A stretch of 64,000 bases of DNA. It comes from Macrostomum lignano (lineage: Eukaryota). Positions 24,142-37,607 of the stretch are shown piece after piece. A program made the translations under genes and the position numbers. The number at the start of each line of letters is the position of its first letter. The first letter of the stretch is position 1. The stretch is taken from contig NIVC01000027.1 of NCBI GenBank assembly GCA_002269645.1, positions 930,001-994,000 of the forward strand, read 5' to 3'. Below the pieces are notes generated by a model that did no database searches, had not been told where the DNA came from, and worked only from the letters and a program-made list of their open reading frames with translations.

Positions 24142-24990
24142 TACGCAGGTGTCCGGAAAAATAGTGTTACTTTTACTTGTAGCGGACGTATGGTAAGTTT
24201 GATGTCGTTAAAATCGGCAAGTCTCTTCTTTAAAATGACTTAAACTGCGATCGATTTGAGTGTGTATTTTAAGAAATATGTGCACTTGAGTACAGGGAGA
24301 TCGTTTGTAGACTTACATGCAATCGCGATATTTTTAGCGTGAATGAGTTGATTTTGGTCAGAAGCGACATAGTGTAAAGCTCACGCAAAACCACGGCTGC
24401 ACAATTTAGGCAGAAAAATATCTGTTGCTCAATTTTCATCCGTCATTCATCAAATGAGTGCGCATTCAAAGACTGGGCATGGCGACCATTGGGTCAGCAA
24501 GATGAGGCTGAACAGGCGGGTGAACGGTGGAAGAACTGACGTTGAGCGACATGATAAGGTCAGGACGCCACATGAGATCCATAACAGCAGCGGCCTAATG
24601 GATCTCATTCTCGACTTGATCGATGAATGCTGCCGCCAAAACATCCGTGAAATACATATAGCCGATAGACTGGATTGCTCGAAGTCCAGAGCTAAAAAGT
24701 GTCTGCAGAAGATGATTCAAGTCAAGCTGAGTGCCCGTTGGGTTCCCTGACGGCTCACTGGGGACATGAAGCTGGACCGATCGCCTAGGTTCTGTAAGTC
24801 TACGATCGATCTCCTTCTATTTAAGCGCACATCTCTTAAAGTACACATCCAAATGGATCGCAGTTTAAGTCATTTTAAAGAACAGACTTTCTGCTTTTAA
24901 ACTACAACAAACTTGTGTAATTGCAAATTAATATGAAACATCCACTACAAGTAAAAGTAACACTATTTTCCGGACAATAAGGACCTCGTA
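24142..24990 (+). mobile_element. Mariner-family deletion derivative with long inverted ends
   Basis: TA at both ends; ~170-bp imperfect inverted repeats (gtccggaaaatagtgttac.. / ..gtaacactattttccggac). Internal frame GRTDVE..KLSARWVP* is the mariner transposase N-terminus with the WVP linker. Confidence 0.85.
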
Positions 24991-25299
24991 ACTATTGTCA
25001 CTATTCTAGTGAGGCTTTTTAGAAAACCAGCGTCACACGTGTCTACACAGACAGGGTACCTGCAGCGTCAGCAGCAGCACTTCCTGCCGCATTGGCTGTG
25101 GGCAGTAGGACTCGCCTCGGATAATGTACCCTGCTTGGACGGACCAGGAAGGAGCGTTGAAAACTCGCTCGTCGCCGATCTTGAAGGCGGCGCGCAGTCG
25201 GCTATGCAACGAGCGCCGGTAAGGAACTCATATTTGTCTATGGCGAAACCCCATCAGGGTTGTGCGTTCTCAAGAGTATCCTAATAAAGAATCAATATA

Positions 25300-25475
25300 A
25301 TTATAATTGATTACACCTGCCCTTAAGGCCAGATGTACAACCGACAGCTCAGCCGCAGCTTTTGCGCGGCGCATCTGAAGGCTGCATACGGCTTTTCAGT
25401 CCAAGAACTGAAAGGGTCGTCGGGAGAATCGAACCCCTGACCTTTCAGTTCGACGCTCTAACTACTAGGCTATAA
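25300..25475 (-). mobile_element. tRNA-derived SINE family B
   Basis: Minus strand tagcctagtagttagagcg..ggggttcgattctcc (A and B boxes); 3' end agggcaggtgtaatca + AT-rich tail, with a similar 3' end near 60865-60885. Confidence 0.55.
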
Positions 25476-26180
25476 TCTCTGTGGCTCCTGAATTTACCTA
25501 TGATCACATCTCGACGCTGTTTTATCGTCATCAGCATAATTAAATGTTCTACAAGACCGAATACAAGACAGTGGTTGAAATCATGGATCTTCACGTAGTG
25601 CGGCACATTTGGTTTGCGACAAATGAAAACAAGCTTTTGAATAAGGCCGAATGTTCCCGACTAATTCAGTATGTCTTCGGAGTCTATGAGCTCTTTTTAG
25701 ATTTCACACCTGGCAGCTGCAACCGAAGAGAACTCCCCAAAACCTCAGCTCATTATTGATTTGACCACTCCCCAACCCAATCTGGACAAAACTTAAAAAA
25801 TTCAAGCTTTTTTTCTAACCTAAAATCGAGTAGCTTATAGTTATGAAATAATTAACAAATACAAAAGTCATTCTTGTCACTTCTGGGTTCTCTAAAATGT
25901 TACAACAAAAAAATTGGCAAGTCATTCCACCAGATTAGCGAATTAGCGTTGATTTCAATAGGAATCATCTGACAGAGAGACACAACAGTAGTTAAAACGT
26001 GTTTTGCGGTATAAAAATAATAATTATAGTTAAAAATCAATGGAAGAAAATCTTTTAGCAAAAAAATAGCACACTTCATTATTTACCAATCATTCATTCA
26101 AGTTCAACTTATTTTTTAATCAGTTCGGCACCTTTCCACTTTAAGTAGTCCACTATAGAATTTTCATACAGCTAATAATC

Positions 26181-27238
26181 TCAAGCATTTTTCCTAGCCT
26201 TGGCGGCCCTGGGCAGCCTCAACGCCAACAGGGTATCTCCGATGCACTCGGGCAGCACAGCCAGAGGCCAATAGAGAAGCTTCGCATCCCAGCCAATCAT
26301 GTGCCGACAGCGCGGATGCTTCGAGGTCAGCGCCTCCTCGTACGCGTCGACAACGTTGTCTAGCTTGTCGGAGCAGAACCGAAGCAGGTCGTCAAGCCGG
26401 TCGACACTCTCGCGACGAAACGACTCTCCGTAGGCGTCCCTGAGCTCCGCCGGGGCGTCCTGATAGCCGAGGTTGACGGCGCGGGTCAGCGCGGTCTTGT
26501 CAGTGATGGGCGTCCGGTGGAAGCCGGGTTCGATGCACGACACCCGAATGCCGAACTGGCGCAGTTCGCGACGGTAGCAGTCGCTGAGGGCCTGCGGGAT
26601 GGCGTCGGCATTTCAAGGAGCAGCAGTGGCGTCTTGATCAGCAGCAAGCGCTCCTGAATCCAAATACTTAAACTTTGAAAGCTGCCCTGCCTAAGTTGTA
26701 CCATTTTTCATATCTAAAATCGTACATCACATCTTGACGCTCTTTTGCAGATTAGCGTTAAAAAGACCAAGGTGCTTCATGTGAGACTACCTCGACTCTG
26801 ACAATACCGTCTGCCAGGAGTTTAAGTACCCGGGCGTCCCGGTCATGCGACCAAATTTCATAACAGATTTTCAACTTCAGCGCCACTGGCAACACTGAGA
26901 TCCGGATGTTCAGGGTAGCCGTGGAGCACATACTGCTCTATGGGCTGGAGGCGGTTCCCATCACGGAAACTCGCTCTGCTGCTCTGGACGCCTCCCACCT
27001 GAACGCCGACTGCTCCAGGTGGGCCGCTGCCTCCGTAGCCATGGTCGGTGGGTCGCCTTAATTCTCTCTGGCCAACCCTGATGCTGAACAACCCACTGGA
27101 GCCCCTTCGCCGAGGCCAAGCGCCCACACCACCACCTGCGGGCCACTCTGACGGAAGACCTGCTGAGCATCGTCCTGAACCCTTGACCGCCACTGACTGC
27201 TCCCCCAGCCTCTTCAAACATCGAGTGCTCGCTAGCAT

Positions 27239-27291
<53 letters not shown>

Positions 27292-28366
27292 ATAAAAATA
27301 TGTCCTTGTATTTTCATTTAGAACTTCACACTAATACAGAGATTCGCTCACCTGCACAGCAAACTTGGAGGCGCAATACGGCGCAGCCCCGGGCGAGGCG
27401 AATCGGCCAAAGATGCTGGAGGTGTTCACCAGCCGGCCTGCTGGCAGGCGCCTCATCAGTGGCAGGAAACACCTGCGAGGAAGTTTTACAGAGATCAGTC
27501 ATGTTTTTATAACAAATAGAGGCAGGGCGCATTGTCACACAACCGGCGACAGGCAATATCGTACGCAGTCATACGCACAGGCACACACTCACACAGGAGT
27601 GTACAGCGGCCCTAACTTTATTTATCGTTAGGCATGTACACTTCACTGCGCCTTGGGGGTTGGCCTTCAAGGCCGTTAATTGCACGAACAGAGCCAAGCC
27701 GAGATTCCAATTCAGCCCCAAATTAATGACTGCACTTGGAATCGAGCCTGGACCGCTGGCACATACATAGAAGCTCCGCGTTAGACCACTGGGCTACGGC
27801 CCCCATCAGACACACGACAGCTGTGAAAACTCAAGACTGCATATGGCTGCATTGGCCAGCTCAAGCATTCACCTGGTCACGTTAGCGATTCCGAAGACAT
27901 TAACAGCAAACACCTGATGAAAATCGTCGGCGCTGAGGAACTCTGTCGGGCCGATCCTGCTGCCGCTGATGCCAGCGTTGTTAACCACGCCCCACAGGCC
28001 GCACAGCTTGCGGTCTTTCAACGCAACTTCCGCCTTCGCTACGGCAGACTTCACCGACTCCTCGTCAGTGACATCCATCCGAATCGGGACCAGATTTTGA
28101 TTGCCCATGGTCGAGAACTTGTCCACAGCGGCCTGGGTGAGGCAGCCGGCCAGGACGCACCAGCCCTTGCCAGCCAGACGCAGGGCCAGCTGGTGACCGA
28201 AGCCGGTGTCGCAACCGGTGACCAGAACGGAACGCCAGTCTGAGGGAATGTCGGCCAGCTCGGCTCTGCGTTTCCGATCGAACAGTTTATAAGCCAGGTA
28301 GGCTAGCGAGGCGACTGCGATGGCCCAGGACAGCGGGATGCTGCACAGGAAGCACAGCAGTGACAT
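26181..28366 (-). CDS. Short-chain dehydrogenase/reductase, retinol/hydroxysteroid/BDH1-like, 341 aa
   Basis: Exons 28366-27873, 27472-27352, 26591-26181 (phases 2 and 0, GT-AG). Motifs TGCDTGFG, NNAG, NTSS, catalytic YCASK, IEPG; N-terminal TM anchor. Confidence 0.92.
26790..27292 (+). mobile_element. 5'-truncated RTE-like LINE with (AAT)n tail, antisense in SDR intron 2
   Basis: EFKY.G and IRMFRVAVEHILLYGLEAVPITETRSAALD match the C-terminal RT region of RTE-type LINEs; ends in (AAT)n at 27243-27285. Confidence 0.7.
27525..27804 (-). mobile_element. tRNA-derived SINE family A in SDR intron 1
   Basis: Reverse complement ggggccgtagcccagtggtctaacgcgg..ccaggctcgattcc plus the shared body. Confidence 0.78.
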
Positions 28367-28469
28367 TTCAAGTAGCTTTGCGAGTTTAGATAATTTTTTA
28401 TTGATTTTTTAAACTGCCAATGCCGTTCGAGCAAATCATGCAGGTGGTTGATGAATTTTGAAGTCAAAG

Positions 28470-29785
28470 ACAAAGACTCAGAATAAAACAAAGAGCAACG
28501 ACTTTGGGTGAGAATCAGAATAAAGCAGATACTCAGGGTGAGAATCAGGATGAAACAAATACTCAGGGTGAGAATCAGAATGAAACAAAGACTCAGAGTG
28601 AGAATCAGAATAAAGCAAATACTCAGGGTGAGAATCAGAATGAAACAAAGATTTGGGGTGAGAATCAGAATGAAACAAAGACTCTGGGTGAGAATCAGAA
28701 TAAAACAAAGAGCAACGACTTAGGGTGAGAATCAGAATGAAGCAAGTACTCAGGGTGAGAATCAAAATGAAACAAAGACTCAGGGTGAGAATCAGGATGA
28801 AACAAAGACTCAGGGTGAGAATCAGGATGAAACAAAGGCTCAGGGTGAGAATCAGAATGAAGCAAATACTCAGAGTGAGAATCAGAATGAAGCAAATACT
28901 CAGGGTGAGAATCAGGATGAAACAAAGACTCAGGGTGAGAATCAGGATGAAACGAATACTCAGGGTTAGAATCAGAATGAAACAAAGACTCAGAGTGAGA
29001 ATCAGAATGAAACAAAGAGCGACTTATGGTGAGAATCAGAATGAAGCAGATACTCAGGGTGAGAATCAGAATGAAACAAAGACTCAGGGTTAGAATCAGA
29101 ATGAAACAAAGACTCAGGGTGAGAATCAGAATGAAACAAAGACTCAGGGTTAGAATCAGAATGAAACAAAGACTCAGGGTGAGAATCAGAATGAAACAAA
29201 GACTCAGGGTGAGAATCAGAATGAAACAAAGGCTCAGGGTGAGAATCAGAATGAAACAAAGACTCAGGGTGAGAATCAGAATGAAGCAAATACTCAGAGT
29301 GAGAATCAGAATGAAGCAAATACTCAGGGTGAGAATCAGGATGAAACAAAGACTCAGATGAGAATCAGGATGAAACGAATACTCAGGGTTAGAATCAGAA
29401 TGAAACAAAGACTCAGAGTGAGAATCAGAATGAAACAAAGAGCGACTTATGGTGAGAATCAGAATGAAGCAGATACTCAGGGTGAGAATCAGAATGAAAC
29501 AAAGACTCAGGGTGAGAATCAGAATGAAACAAAGACTCAGGGTGAGAATCAGAATGAAACAAAGACTCAGGGTGAGAATCAGAATGAAACAAAGGCTCAG
29601 GGTGAGAATCAGAATGAAACAAAGACTCAGGGTGAGAATCAGAATGAAACAAAGACTCAGGGTGAGAATCAGAATGAAACAAAGACTAAGGGTGAGAATC
29701 AGAATGAAACAAAGACTCAGGGTGAGAATCAGAATGAAACAAAGACTCAGGGTGAGAATCAGAATGAAACAAAGACTCAGGGGAA
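28470..29785. repeat. 30-bp minisatellite (~43 copies)
   Basis: Unit gggtgagaatcagaatgaaacaaagactca; a variant block recurs at ~29018 and ~29440. Confidence 0.96.
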
Positions 29786-30299
29786 GAATCATAATAAAAA
29801 TGAAGTAAAATTCATTAAAGAACAACAATCGATAATGGAGATTAGATGCATCATGAAACTTCAGTCAAGATGTGTGTAAAAATAATAAAAAACAATGTAA
29901 GCCTAATTTGAAATGCTCATTAACATAATTACGTTAAAACACAAAGGTTAAAATACCTAATAATATTCACTTCAACACATCAGACAACTTCAAGAATTAT
30001 GTATTTGCTATATGCATCAAAAACTTCCGGAAAGGAAAATGAGATTCGCTAAAATCAAGCCAGTGGCCTACATGTAATGACAATATCTGCAAGCAAAAAA
30101 CTTACATAGACGTTCAATTAGCCAGTAACTCAGTTAAGTAATTTATGGTTTTAAAATTTCTACTAAAAACAGAAGACCCATAATAATTTAGTTAACAAAG
30201 GGTAAATCATGCTTAGGTAAAGAATTGCATTATAATACAAAGTTGAGCATCGCTAGCAGAGACGATGTAAGAACCTGAAATTCAAAATAAGGTGCAAAA

Positions 30300-32570
30300 T
30301 TTCTGGGGATGGTAAATGAGATTATGAGGATGGTAAATGAGAGATTCTGGGGATGGCAAATGAGAGATGCTGGGGATGGTAAATGAGATTATGAGGATGG
30401 TAAATGAGAGATTCTGGGGATGGTAAATGAGAGATGCTGGGGATGGTAAATGAGAGATGCTGGGGATGGTAAATGAGATTATGAGGATGGTAAATGAGAG
30501 ATTCTGGGGATGGTAAATGAGAGATGCTGGGGATGGTAAATGAGAGATGCTGGGGATGGTAAATGAGATTATGAGGATGGTAAATGAGAGATTCTGGGGA
30601 TGGTAAATGAGAGATGCTGGGGATGGTAAATGAGAGATGCTGGGGATGGTAAATGAAAGATTCTGAGGATTGTAAATGAGAGATTCTGAGGATTGTAAAT
30701 GAGAGATTCTGAGGATTGTAAATGAGAGATTCTGGGGATGGCAAATGAGAGATGCTGGGGATGGTAAATGAGAGATTCTGAGGATGGTAAATGGGAGATT
30801 CTGAGGATTGTAAATGAGAGATGCTGGGGATGGTAAATGAGAGATTCTGAGGATTGTAAATGAGAGATTCTGGGGATGGTAAATGAGAGATTCTGAGGAT
30901 TGTAAATGAGAGATTCTGGGGATGGTAAATGGGAGATTCTGGGGATGGTAAATGAGAGATTCTGTTGATGGTAAATGAAAGATTCTGGGGATGGTAAATG
31001 AGAGATTCTGAGGATTGTAAATGAGAGATTCTGGGGATGGTAAATGGGAGATTCTGGGGATGGTAAATGGGAGATTCTGGGAATGGTAAATGGGAGATTC
31101 TGGGGATGGTAAATGAGAGATTCTGAGGATGGTAAATGAGAGATTCTGGGGATGGTAAATGAGAGATTCTGAGGATGGTAAATGAGAGATTCTGGGGATG
31201 GTAAATGAGAGATTCTGGGGATGGTAAATGAAAGATTCTGGGGATGGTAAATGAGATTCTGGGGATGGTAAATGAGAGATTCTGGGGATGGTAAATGAGA
31301 GATTCTGGTGATGGTAAATGAGATTCTGGGATGGTAAATGAGAGATTCTGGTGATGGTAAATGAGATTCTGGGGATGGTAAATGAGAGATTCTGGGGATG
31401 GTAAATGAGAGATTCTGAGGATGGTAAATGAGACATTTTGGGGATGGTAAATGAGAGATTCTGAGGATGGTAAATGAGAGATTCTGGGGATGGTAAATGA
31501 GAGATTCTGAGGATGGTAAATGAGAGATTCTGGGGATGGTAAATGAGAGATTCTGAGGATGGTAAATGAGAGATTCTGAGGATGGTAAATGAGAGATTCT
31601 GAGGATGGTAAATGAGAGATTCTGGGGATGGTAAATGAGAGATTCTGGGGATGGTAAATGAGAGATTCTGGTGATGGTAAATGAGATTCTGGGATGGTAA
31701 ATGAGAGATTCTGGTGATGGTAAATGAGATTCTGGGGATGGTAAATGAGAGATTCTGGGGATGGTAAATGAGAGATTCTGAGGATGGTAAATGAGAGATT
31801 CTGGGGATGGTAAATGAGAGATTCTGAGGATGGTAAATGAGAGATTCTGGGGATGGTAAATGAGAGATTCTGGGGATGGTAAATGAGAGATTCTGGGGAT
31901 GGTAAATGAGAGATTCTGGTGATGGTAAATGAGATTCTGGGATGGTAAATGAGAGATTCTGGTGATGGTAAATGAGATTCTGAGGATGGTAAATGAGAAA
32001 TTCTGAGGATTGTAAATGAGAGATTCTGAGGATGGTAAATGAGAGATTCTGGGGATGGTAAATGAGAGATTCTGTTGATGGTAAATGAGAGATTCTGTTG
32101 ATGGTAAATGAGAGATTCTGTTGATGGTAAATGACAGATTCTGGGGATGGTAAATGAGAGATTCTGTTGATGGTAAATGAGAGATTCTGTTGATGGTAAA
32201 TGAGAGATTCTGGGATGGTAAATGAGAGATTCTGTTGATGGTAAATGAGAGATTCTGTTGATGGTAAATGAGAGATTCTGAGGATGGTAAATGAGAGATT
32301 CTGAGGATGGTAAATGAGATATTCTGGGATAGTAAATGAGAGATTCTGGTGATGGTAAATGAGATTCTGGGGATGGTAAATGAGAGATTCTGGGGATGGT
32401 AAATGAGAGATTCTGAGGATGGTAAATGAGATATTCTGGGATGGTAAATGAGATATTCTGGTGATGGTAAATGAGAGATTCTGGGGATGGTAAATGAGAG
32501 ATTCTGGGGATGGTAAATGAGAGATTCTGAGGATGGTAAATGAAAGATTCTGGGGATGGTAAATGGTAAA
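30300..32570. repeat. ~23-bp minisatellite (~100 copies)
   Basis: Unit gatggtaaatgagagattctggg; source of the two spurious 770-aa ORFs. Confidence 0.97.
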
Positions 32571-33429
32571 TTCTGTACGGCAAATGATAGATTTGTTGAT
32601 CAAGGAGAATTAATTTTGGGATGATAAATAAACAATGATTTCCCATGAGACTAAAGCTACTCGAAATGTAGGTGAGATCAAGTTTAATTCAAAAATATTA
32701 ATAAGCAAAAATCATGGACACTACAAAGTACAAATTGGTAACAAAACTACAAGTCAGTTGATCACAAGAGGCCAACTGAAACAAGAATTATCAAAATGGC
32801 AAACAATAACGCATTCGGAGGAGAACATGTCTGAGAATATGTTTCAAATATATGCATGAGTATAAAATACTGAAGCCTTGAAGCTTTGGACCTAAGCTCT
32901 GCTATCACAACCTGTTTTGTAGACACACTGACTCAACTTTTAGTTAACTCATAGTGATAATAAATCATCCATCTATAGCGCTTATTGAAGGTTTTCTTTT
33001 AAAATGCAGACAGTTATTAGCGATAGCTAAATTAATAAATATTTTCCAGGTAAAAGTACTATAACAAATTAATTTACAGTTCTATTTTTGTAAAACTGTA
33101 CCATTGCAACACACATTTCGAATTTGAAAAAATACCCGCAAAAGTTAAAACTCTGACTAGAAGAAAAAATAAGAAATTTACAAATAACTTATCAGGATTA
33201 GCTGGTCGACATAATGGCGCATATTTGCACTGCAGACTAAAACGACTCGGGAAAATCTATGTGGACCAAAAATATGCAGAAAATAAACCTGACAGGACCA
33301 ACTCTCTGACTAGACAATGCATTTCAGCGACTGGAGCACACAAAATTGAAAGAAAGTCGTCGACACAAAGCACAGAATTTTGACTGCGGAAAAGTGACCT
33401 GCGGTTAAGGAAACTGCTCAAATCTTACT

Positions 33430-34300
33430 CTGGGATCTGGGATTTGGGATCTGAGATCTGAGATTTAGGACCTGGGATTTGGGATCTGAGATCTGGGATT
33501 TAGGACCTGGGATTTGGGATATGAGAACTGAGATTTAGAATCTGGGATTTGGGATCTGAGATCTGGGATTTGGGATCTTTGAAATATTAGATTTATAACC
33601 TGTGATTTGAAATCTGAGATCTGGGACCAGGGATTTGGGATATGAGATCTGAGATTTAGGACCTGTGATATGGGATCTGAGATCTGGGACCTGGGACTTG
33701 GGATCTGAGATATGAGATTTAGGACCTGGGATTTGGGATCTGAGATCTCGGATTTGGGATCTTTGGAATATTAGATTTATAACCTGTGATTTGAAATCTG
33801 AGATCTGGGACCAGGGATTTGGGATATGAAATCTGAGATTTAGGACCTGTGATATGGGATCTGAGATCTGGGACCTGGGACTTGGGATCTGAGATCTGAG
33901 ATTTAGGACCTGGGATTTGGGATATGAGATCTGGGATTCGGGATCTGGGATTTGGGATCTGAGATCTGAGATCTTGGACTTGGAATCTAGGATCTGGGAT
34001 CTTGGAGTTGGAATCAAAGATCTGGGATTTTAGATTTGGAATCAAGGATCTCGGATCTTGGATTTAGAATCTAGAATCTGGGATTTAGGATCTGGGATCT
34101 GGAATCTAGGATCTGGGATCTTGGATTTGGAATCTAGGATCTGGGACTTGGGATTTGGAATCTAGGATCTGGGACTTGGGATTTGGGATCTAGGATCTGG
34201 AATCTTGGATTTGAGATCTAGGATCGGGGATTTAAGATCGGGGATTTGGGACTTGAGATTTGGGACCTGGGATTTTGGATTTGGGATCTGGGATCTGTGA
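33430..34300. repeat. Degenerate 7/14-bp GATCTGG/GATTTGG repeat
   Basis: gggatctgagatctgggatttgg-type units. Confidence 0.9.
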
Positions 34301-34440
34301 TATCTACTTCTTGGACCAAGTGGGGTCATGCGATAATAATCAAATTGCTGCCAACCAGGCCACTGTTCTAACCAAGCTGAAAATAAAAAAATCAATTAAA
34401 AACGAGAAAAAAGCAAAACACAAAAAGGTACGTCAGAAGG

Positions 34441-37294
34441 TCACAGAGAGCTGCTCTCCCTGCTAATGTCGTCATACTGGGGCGGGTTGGCCCGGGAGCC
34501 GGACGGGGCGCTCACGATGGCCACCGTGGTGTCTCCGCCGTAGCCTGACAATTTTCGGCAAAAAAATTTCACAGCCAATGTTCCATTAAAATACTTTTAG
34601 TAGAGGTTAAGCATTTTATGTAATAATTAGTGTAATAACACTTTTATAACCTACCTTGGCGCTTAGAGTTGGCTTGATTGAAGTCCGAGAGCCCTTCAAG
34701 ATTCTCTTTTGCGGGCTGAAAATGGAAGAAATTCGGCTACAGATTAATGAAATTGTCTTTTTTTAAAATTTGAATATCCACTTTAATGTTGAAATTATTA
34801 GAGATCTACTTTAGAGAACTAAGAGAAGAAACATGAAAAGGTAGTCATGCAGCTAAGATCGCGCAAAAGTAGGGATGGGAGATGCTAAATAGTAAAATTT
34901 ACACTGACAGACAGACAGAAGTCAACTCGCTAAAAGACTTGAAAAATCAGTTTACTAAAATTTCTCGCGTTCATTTCTTGTGCATTACGAGCGCATTGCT
35001 TGAAATTTCACTGCCCCAAAAGTTACATATAGAAAAGTTTCAGGTACGTGTCCGAATATAGACTGTCCGAAGATTTGAGTGTCCAAAGTGTCCGAAGATG
35101 GAGTATCCAGAGATTGATATTGTTCGAAGATGGATAGTGTCCGAAGATTGATAGTGTCTGGAGATTGATAGAGTCCAAAGATTGATAGTGTCCGAAGATT
35201 GATAGTGTCCGAAGATGGAGTGTCCAAATATTAGAAGCGTCCAAATATTGAAAGTGTTCGAAGTATCCGAAGATTGATAGTGCACGGAGATTGATAGTGT
35301 CCGAAGATTGATAGTGTCCGAAGATTGATAGTGTCCGAAGATTGATAGTGTCTGGAGATTGATAGTGTCCGAAGATTGATAGTGTCCGAAGATTGATATT
35401 TGATAGTGTCCGAAGATTGATAGTGTCTGGAGATTGATAGTGTCCAAAGATTGATAGTGTCCGAAGACTGATAGTGTCCGAAGACTGATAGTGTCCGAAG
35501 ATTGATAGTGTCCAAAGATTGATAGTGTCCGAAGATTGATAGTGTCCGAAGATTGATAGTGTCCGAAGACTGATAGTGTCCGAAGATTGATAGTGTCCAA
35601 AGATTGATAGTGTCCGAAGATTGATAGTGTCCAAAGATTGATAGTGTCCGAAGACTGATAGTGTCCAAAGATTGATAGTGTCCGAAGATGGAGTGTCCAA
35701 ATATTAGAAGCGTCCAAAGATTGAAAGTGTCCGAAGTATTCGAAGATTGATAGTGTCCGAAGATTGATAGTTCCGAAGATCCGAAAAAAGATGGAATATC
35801 TGAAGATTAATAGTATCCGAAGATGAAGCTTGCAAATGCAGCATTTGTATTGGAAGATTAGGTGTCCAAAAATTCATGTTTGAGCTTGCAAAATCTGTCA
35901 ACACAGACGTGCCCAAGTATGTCCAATTACGCAACGGCTGCAAACCAATTTTGACCAGGTGAACACACGTAAGAGACGAATGCAAAACTGACACCATACA
36001 ATAGGCCATTGATGAAAAAAAGAATCTATTAAACGTAAAACATCGCAATTGGCACATATTACAATTAATCAATAAATAAAATTTATAACAGCATCAAGTA
36101 CGTACGTCAAATAACTACTTTACATGACTTACCCGAAACTGGCGTAGCTAAAATATTTGAAGCATGGAATAAATATGAACAACTGAATCCAGCAAGGAAG
36201 CGCATTATTCTACTAACTAAATAATAATTAAGTAGCATCTGTCGAAAACCAGTGATAATACGCGCAAGTTTCAGTATATTCGATGCAGAAAAAAATGTTA
36301 GCGTTAGAAATCACACCGCAGATGGATCTAGAATTCGGGTTCTGGGATTTGAGATTTAAGATCAGGTTTCTGGGATTTCGGATCCAGAATTTATTATCTG
36401 GAAACTGGGATTTAAGATCCAGAATTTGGGATCTGGGATCTAGAATTTGGGATATAGGATCTGAGATTTTGGATCTAAAATTAGGACTCTTGGATTTGGG
36501 ATCTAGAATTTGGGATTTGGGATTTAGGATCTAAGATTTAGGTTATGTGATCTGGAATTTGTATATGGGATATAGGAGCTGGAATCTAGGATATAGGGTT
36601 TGGGATCAAGGATCTGGGATCAAGGATTTGGGATCAAGGATCTGGGATCAAGGATTTGGATCAATGATCTGGGATCAAGGATCTGGGATCAAGGATCGGG
36701 GATCTGGGATATGGGATCTAGAATATGGGATCTGGGATTGGAGATTTATAATCAAATAACCTCACAAATAAGTCTGTGACAAGGTCATGAAAGAAATAAT
36801 ACCGAGTCAGGAGGAGTTTTTGAAAAGCAAGCCATGCTTAAATTAACAAAAAAAACAAGCTCACCAGGTGCGCCCGGCCCTCTTTCACTTCTTCGTCGTG
36901 TCGTCGATGACCGCGACGTCGACCGCGCCGTTTCGGGCAGCAGCCGGAGGCGCCGTCAGCGCCGTCATCCTCGCCAAGTGCCGCCGCGGCGTCCGCCTCC
37001 TCAGCCTCTTCGTCGTCTCGCGGGCTGAAGTCGAAATCGTTGTTGCCGCCGGAGCTTCTGGAGACGGCGTTGCGGCCAGCGACTGCCGCTGCAGCAGCAT
37101 GGTCGCTTGAGCAGTTGCCGCCCGCGCTGCTGCCGCCGCTGATGAGGCGGCCGGACCTGGCACCGAGCCGATGGGGCTGAAGGTGGTCGATTTCCACGAA
37201 TTCACGGTCCTGCGGAGAGGTGGTGGGCTGGCTGGCTGACACAGACAGAAAGACAGACAGACAGACAGATAGACAGACAGACAGACAGGCAGAC

Positions 37295-37347
<53 letters not shown>

Positions 37348-37350
37348 CTA

Positions 37351-37387
<37 letters not shown>

Positions 37388-37390
37388 CTA

Positions 37391-37476
<86 letters not shown>

Positions 37477-37478
37477 TC

Positions 37479-37511
<33 letters not shown>

Positions 37512-37514
37512 CTA

Positions 37515-37607
<93 letters not shown>

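Noticed and set aside
25400-25475. Functional tRNA gene
   Set aside because: A and B boxes are present, but no complete cloverleaf or acceptor stem could be drawn; treated as a SINE head. The same applies to 21998 and 27804.
28478-32646. 377-aa and 773/774-aa repetitive ORFs
   Set aside because: Open in several frames because the repeat units lack stops; they are minisatellite artefacts.
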